Part shown: in pieces, positions 60,601 through 64,000 of the stretch
Numbering within the stretch: the stretch's first letter is position 1
Layout: each line of letters begins with the position of its first letter
Origin: Leptospiraceae bacterium
Lineage (GTDB): Bacteria; Spirochaetota; Leptospiria; Leptospirales; Leptonemataceae
DNA: 64,000 bases
NCBI GenBank assembly: GCA_040217195.1
Contig: JAVJNR010000003.1
Coordinates: 544,001-608,000, forward strand
Direction: 5' to 3'
Program-made: the position numbers and the translations under genes
The notes under the pieces: generated by a model
What the model saw: the letters and a program-made list of their open reading frames with translations, nothing else
What the model was told of the DNA's origin: nothing
Database searches by the model: none

Positions 60601-61212
60601 TTAGTTGCCGGCGTCGGACAGGAATCGATCTACGGTAATCTTTCGCAGATAAGGTTTGAGCAGTGCTTTCAACGATTCATCTGTGAAATCCAGCTGAAAG
60701 CTACTTCCCTTTTTTTGTACCTGGAAACCTGCACCTATGTCTAAAAACTGAATCGATAATCCATCCAGTTCTTTCTGGATGGCAGCCTGAAATTTCTCAT
60801 CCGCGGACTTTCGCATGGATTCCGGCAAAGTTAGTTCAATGGATACAGCACCGTCTTCTTTCCAGTTTTTTCCCAGAGCAAGAACCATTTCCTGAATAAA
60901 CTGTGAATCCAATGCAGCTTCCTTAACAGAATCCGATAGAACCCTTTCCGATAGTATTGCTATGATTTGACTTCGTAGCCGACTGAGAGCCTGGGTGGAT
61001 GCAAGCTTCAACTCGGACTCTGTGGACTGTTTCAGATAATCAGCTTCCGAACGAGCTTTTTGAAGAATGGACTCCGCTTCCTTCTGCGCATTGCTCAGTA
61101 TCTCCTCTACCTCTGAGTTGGCTCTGGAGGTAATCTCCTGGGCTTCTTTACGAGCTTTCTGCAGCCCATCCTCGTAAATCCGATTAACAAGAGTATCCAG
61201 GTTCTGTTCCAT
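60601..61212 (-). CDS. atpE: V/A-type ATP synthase subunit E
   Basis: MEQNLDTLVNRIYEDGL.KA..EA coiled coil and GF......DFTDE...L.PYLR; first gene of the operon. Confidence 0.88.
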   Translation of the reverse strand: MEQNLDTLVNRIYEDGLQKARKEAQEITSRANSEVEEILSNAQKEAESILQKARSEADYLKQSTESELKLASTQALSRLRSQIIAILSERVLSDSVKEAALDSQFIQEMVLALGKNWKEDGAVSIELTLPESMRKSADEKFQAAIQKELDGLSIQFLDIGAGFQVQKKGSSFQLDFTDESLKALLKPYLRKITVDRFLSDAGN

Positions 61213-61283
61213 TTCTTTGCAGATCGCAGTACTCACAATACCCGGGCAAGCGATTTTGAAAAACTCTGTTAAAGCCCCCTGGA

Positions 61284-61331
61284 TATTTTAGATATTTAGA
61301 CTATTTAGAATGATTCAAAAACTCATTCTAA
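61284..61331. promoter_or_regulatory. Repeat/palindrome cluster upstream of the V-ATPase operon (candidate operator)
   Basis: TATTTAGA-like unit x3 at 9-bp period (61284, 61293, 61302); perfect TTAGAATGA-N9-TCATTCTAA at 61305-61331. Minus-strand TTGACA at 61357-61362. Confidence 0.5.
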
Positions 61332-61358
61332 TTTGGAAAGCACAGTAGTACCGCAGTG

Positions 61359-62342
61359 TCAAGGATTGCTTAACACGCTTTTTGCGCATCGAAAGCCAAA
61401 ATGATGAGGAGGACGGTTATCCGGCCTGTACGCCCTTCGCTTCGCAGCCCGGGCCCAATCCCAGTCCCAGTACCAGGAGCCTCCTTTCACAACCTTCTGG
61501 GCATATCCAGGGCAATTGGGCGCTCCATTGCAGGGGCCGGCCGGATCCTTGCCCAGGCACTGGTCTGCGCATTTCCGCCGATTGGGTTCGTACCAGTCCG
61601 AGACCCATTCGTGAACATTGCCGGACATATCATAAAGACCGTAGATCCCGGTCGGACGGGAACCAGGTGCTTTTGGACCTCCGGTAGGTTGATGGTCGGA
61701 ATCGCATCCCCGAACTCCGTTTTCTTTAATTACAGCCAGCTTGCAGCTGGCCTTTTCATTTCCCCAGGGATATGTATTTCCGGATGGCCCGCGGCTGGCT
61801 TTTTCGAATTCCGCCTCCGTGGGCAAACGACGCCCTTTCCATTCGCAATATTTCTTTGCTTCGTACCAGCTGGCTTTCACCTGGGGAAGTTCATCCCCCC
61901 GCATGTGTAAATAGTTGGAGATTACATTTTTGCAGGCCCCTGCCGCAACGCACTTCTGATAATTTGCAGTGCTTACTTCGTACCGGTCCATTAGAAAGGT
62001 GGATACTTCCACTGGGACCTGAGGATGCTCGTCCTTCCATTCCGGATTGTTGCTTCCATAAATGAAAGTGCCACCGGGAACACAGGCCATGTCCGGTGGA
62101 ATCTCTTCCGGACATTCCTGGAATTGATTTTCGCGGGCCTCGGGTCCGGAACAGAAAGCCAGGAGCATTGAAAATGCAATAGAGGCCAGAAGTCCGGAAA
62201 ATTGGTAGCTCTTCTGCAACGCTCTAATGGCAGGACCTGGTCTGGTTCTAGAATTGTGCGGTAGAAAGGAATGCATAACCCAGGCCATCAGATCCTTCCA
62301 TACAGTCAGTCCATTTCCTGAAAAGAAATAGACTGACTGCAA
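61359..62342 (-). CDS. Formylglycine-generating enzyme (SUMF1/FGE-sulfatase) domain protein, probably exported
   Basis: VPGGTF.YG, FLMDRYEVS, RRLPTEAEFEKA, YPWG, GLYDMSGNVHEWVSD, KGGSW and FGFRC motifs. The true start is probably downstream of 62342. Confidence 0.9.
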   Translation of the reverse strand: MQSVYFFSGNGLTVWKDLMAWVMHSFLPHNSRTRPGPAIRALQKSYQFSGLLASIAFSMLLAFCSGPEARENQFQECPEEIPPDMACVPGGTFIYGSNNPEWKDEHPQVPVEVSTFLMDRYEVSTANYQKCVAAGACKNVISNYLHMRGDELPQVKASWYEAKKYCEWKGRRLPTEAEFEKASRGPSGNTYPWGNEKASCKLAVIKENGVRGCDSDHQPTGGPKAPGSRPTGIYGLYDMSGNVHEWVSDWYEPNRRKCADQCLGKDPAGPCNGAPNCPGYAQKVVKGGSWYWDWDWARAAKRRAYRPDNRPPHHFGFRCAKSVLSNP

Positions 62343-62373
62343 TGTCTGGAGGACCGCAAGGCGGCCCCCAATG

Positions 62374-63213
62374 CTAATGCGGCATTTCTGTAGCTACGAT
62401 AATGGCAAATATTGCGGCCATTTTCATATGGAAGTCTTCGCCGGGCATATTATCTTCGATTTCCCAGCTTGGCCAGGATCCTCCATTTCGACTGACTTTC
62501 ATTTCTCCTTTCTTTCCGGAAATCACCCATTCATCAGTATCGCCACTCCATCTGGTGCGAACCTTCAGTCGATTGTAGGTGGAGTCGATTTTCCATTCAG
62601 TCAGCGAGGATGCTTCTGCGATAAGCTGGGTACCACCATAGCGATATTGCCACTTGGTCCACCATTCAGAGCCCTGAATACAGGTTAATACCTTTACATC
62701 CGGCCCCGGCAGTTCAATGTCCCAGCTCATATGTTGACCGGTGCCATCGGCGGTTAGTCGGCCCTTACCACCGGACAATTCAATGGACCAATCCTTCCAG
62801 TTGTCTGAGCCGGTAGATCTAGCTTCCAGTTCTCGAATGGTACCCGGTCCGGAATTATTGTTGGTAGTGGGCTTCTTTCGGGCCGAGGGATCCCGAAGTT
62901 TACAGTACTGAATTTCTGTATTCTCCGTATCGCCGTCATCATACTGTATGAATACGGAATTTCCGTTTCGTCTGGCAATTTTCCCCGGATAGTAATTTCC
63001 TACTTTCTGCCATTTGCACTGAACGGGTGTACCAACCTGAAAGGCATCTGCCAGCAACGGAGAACAAAAAATTGTGATCAGACCTGCCAACAACATCTGA
63101 GACGCTAGTTTTCCGGTTAATTTCTGAGGCCCTACTCCGGAGCCTGAGTCAGTAGAAGTAAAAAACATCATCGAATCCCCCTTCGCTTTCGCATCCGGGA
63201 GAATAAGAAACAC
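62374..63213 (-). CDS. Exported hypothetical protein with a Tudor-like domain and Trp-rich beta region
   Basis: Signal-like segment, then FQVGTPVQCKW...YYPGKI...FIQYDDGDTE (Tudor/Agenet-like). Start uncertain. Confidence 0.65.
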   Translation of the reverse strand: MFLILPDAKAKGDSMMFFTSTDSGSGVGPQKLTGKLASQMLLAGLITIFCSPLLADAFQVGTPVQCKWQKVGNYYPGKIARRNGNSVFIQYDDGDTENTEIQYCKLRDPSARKKPTTNNNSGPGTIRELEARSTGSDNWKDWSIELSGGKGRLTADGTGQHMSWDIELPGPDVKVLTCIQGSEWWTKWQYRYGGTQLIAEASSLTEWKIDSTYNRLKVRTRWSGDTDEWVISGKKGEMKVSRNGGSWPSWEIEDNMPGEDFHMKMAAIFAIIVATEMPH

Positions 63214-63272
63214 CCACGTTACTGCAAGTGAAAAATGGATTTTATTTCCAATAAGAGATCCGTTGAGAGAAT

Positions 63273-64000
63273 CTAGTTTTTTTGCAAATTCGATTTCTGG
63301 GAAGATGGCTCTGTTCTGTGCCCCAGAAATCGCCCGCTCCAGGCGTAGCTCAGAGCGATGAGCGGAGTAATCCAGTTCAGGAAGGCAAAAGGAGCAAACA
63401 GAACTACCGGCGTCTGAAGAGTGGCCGCCATGAAGGCACCGCAGGTATTCCAGGGTACAAGGGCGGATGTAAGAGTGCCGCTGTCCTCCAGACTTCTTGA
63501 AAGAGTTAGTGCAGAAAGATTTCGCTTCTGATAGGCCTCTCTAAAAAAACGCCCGTTGATTACGATAGAAAGATATTGTTCTGATGTTACTACATTGGCA
63601 AAAATGCCGCCAAGTATAGTTCCGGTGACCAGGCCGCCGGCCGTTTTGATTCTTTTCAGTACGCTACTGGCAATGGATTGGATCATCCCTGATCCTTCCA
63701 TGGTACCCGCGAAAAACATGGCCGATAGAATAAGCCAGATAGTAGTTAGCATGGAACTCATTCCGCCACGATTGATTAGCTTATTCACTGCTACATCTTC
63801 TGTGCGAAAGGTAAGTCCATTGCTTGCTGCTTCCAGAATCGCTCCCACCATTCCTTTTTGATCCAACCATTGCAGGGCCGGTTGCTGAAAAAGAGCTGCG
63901 AACGCAGATCCCATGATTGTTCCTGTTAAAATGGCCGGAATGGCAGGCACCCTTTTATAGATCATCAAAAAGGTAAGTGCAGGAACCAGCAGTAACACTG
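63273..64000 (-). CDS. nhaC: Na+/H+ antiporter NhaC (3' part; 5' end outside the window)
   Basis: LINRGGMSSM, EQYLSI, LSRSLEDSGTLTSALVPWNTCGAFMA motifs. Confidence 0.93.
   Translation of the reverse strand, partial: VLLLVPALTFLMIYKRVPAIPAILTGTIMGSAFAALFQQPALQWLDQKGMVGAILEAASNGLTFRTEDVAVNKLINRGGMSSMLTTIWLILSAMFFAGTMEGSGMIQSIASSVLKRIKTAGGLVTGTILGGIFANVVTSEQYLSIVINGRFFREAYQKRNLSALTLSRSLEDSGTLTSALVPWNTCGAFMAATLQTPVVLFAPFAFLNWITPLIALSYAWSGRFLGHRTEPSSQKSNLQKN

Noticed and set aside
61213..61358. Na+ (DUF1646) or other known riboswitch upstream of the V-ATPase
   Set aside because: The leader is AT-rich and I could not recognise a riboswitch consensus. An Rfam scan would settle it.
61359..62342. 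Catalytically active formylglycine-generating enzyme
   Set aside because: The segment after KGGSW (YWDWDWARAAKR) lacks the active-site Cys pair, so only the FGE fold is supported.

Overview
Gene-dense bacterial chromosomal window of roughly 48% GC (estimated by eye). Gene content suggests a Leptospiraceae-like spirochaete (DUF1554/Len-type protein, spirochaete-style lipoproteins); the taxonomy is inference. I found no rRNA, tRNA, CRISPR array, integrase or transposase. About 54 CDS can be supported. The left part holds regulator/detox pairs (TetR with a methyltransferase; PadR with a GyrI-like protein behind three phased palindromic operators), a SUKH-TPR-LRR protein facing a 1585-aa TPR/propeller protein, and housekeeping and lipid genes (ilvA, queG, a HadAB-like pair, a FabI-like SDR). 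The middle holds a Planctomycete-style DUF1549/DUF1553 + DUF1501 pair, an envelope cluster (PA14, YceI, putative OMP, SLT, M14) and a GH1-ZAS-purM-rlmN-pabBC-yitT run. The right third is the best candidate for an undescribed system. It has a stand-alone two-domain soluble-adenylyl-cyclase-like enzyme, a tandem cNMP-binding protein and a Popeye-like membrane cNMP protein. The Popeye-like gene lies directly downstream of a Bacteroidota-like V/A-type ATPase operon (E-DUF2764-A-B-D-I-K) with a Na+-binding rotor signature, and nhaC lies upstream. The operon also carries a GGA-loop hairpin array before subunit K and a Fur/Irr-like operator. Functional linkage among these genes is a hypothesis based on gene neighbourhood only.
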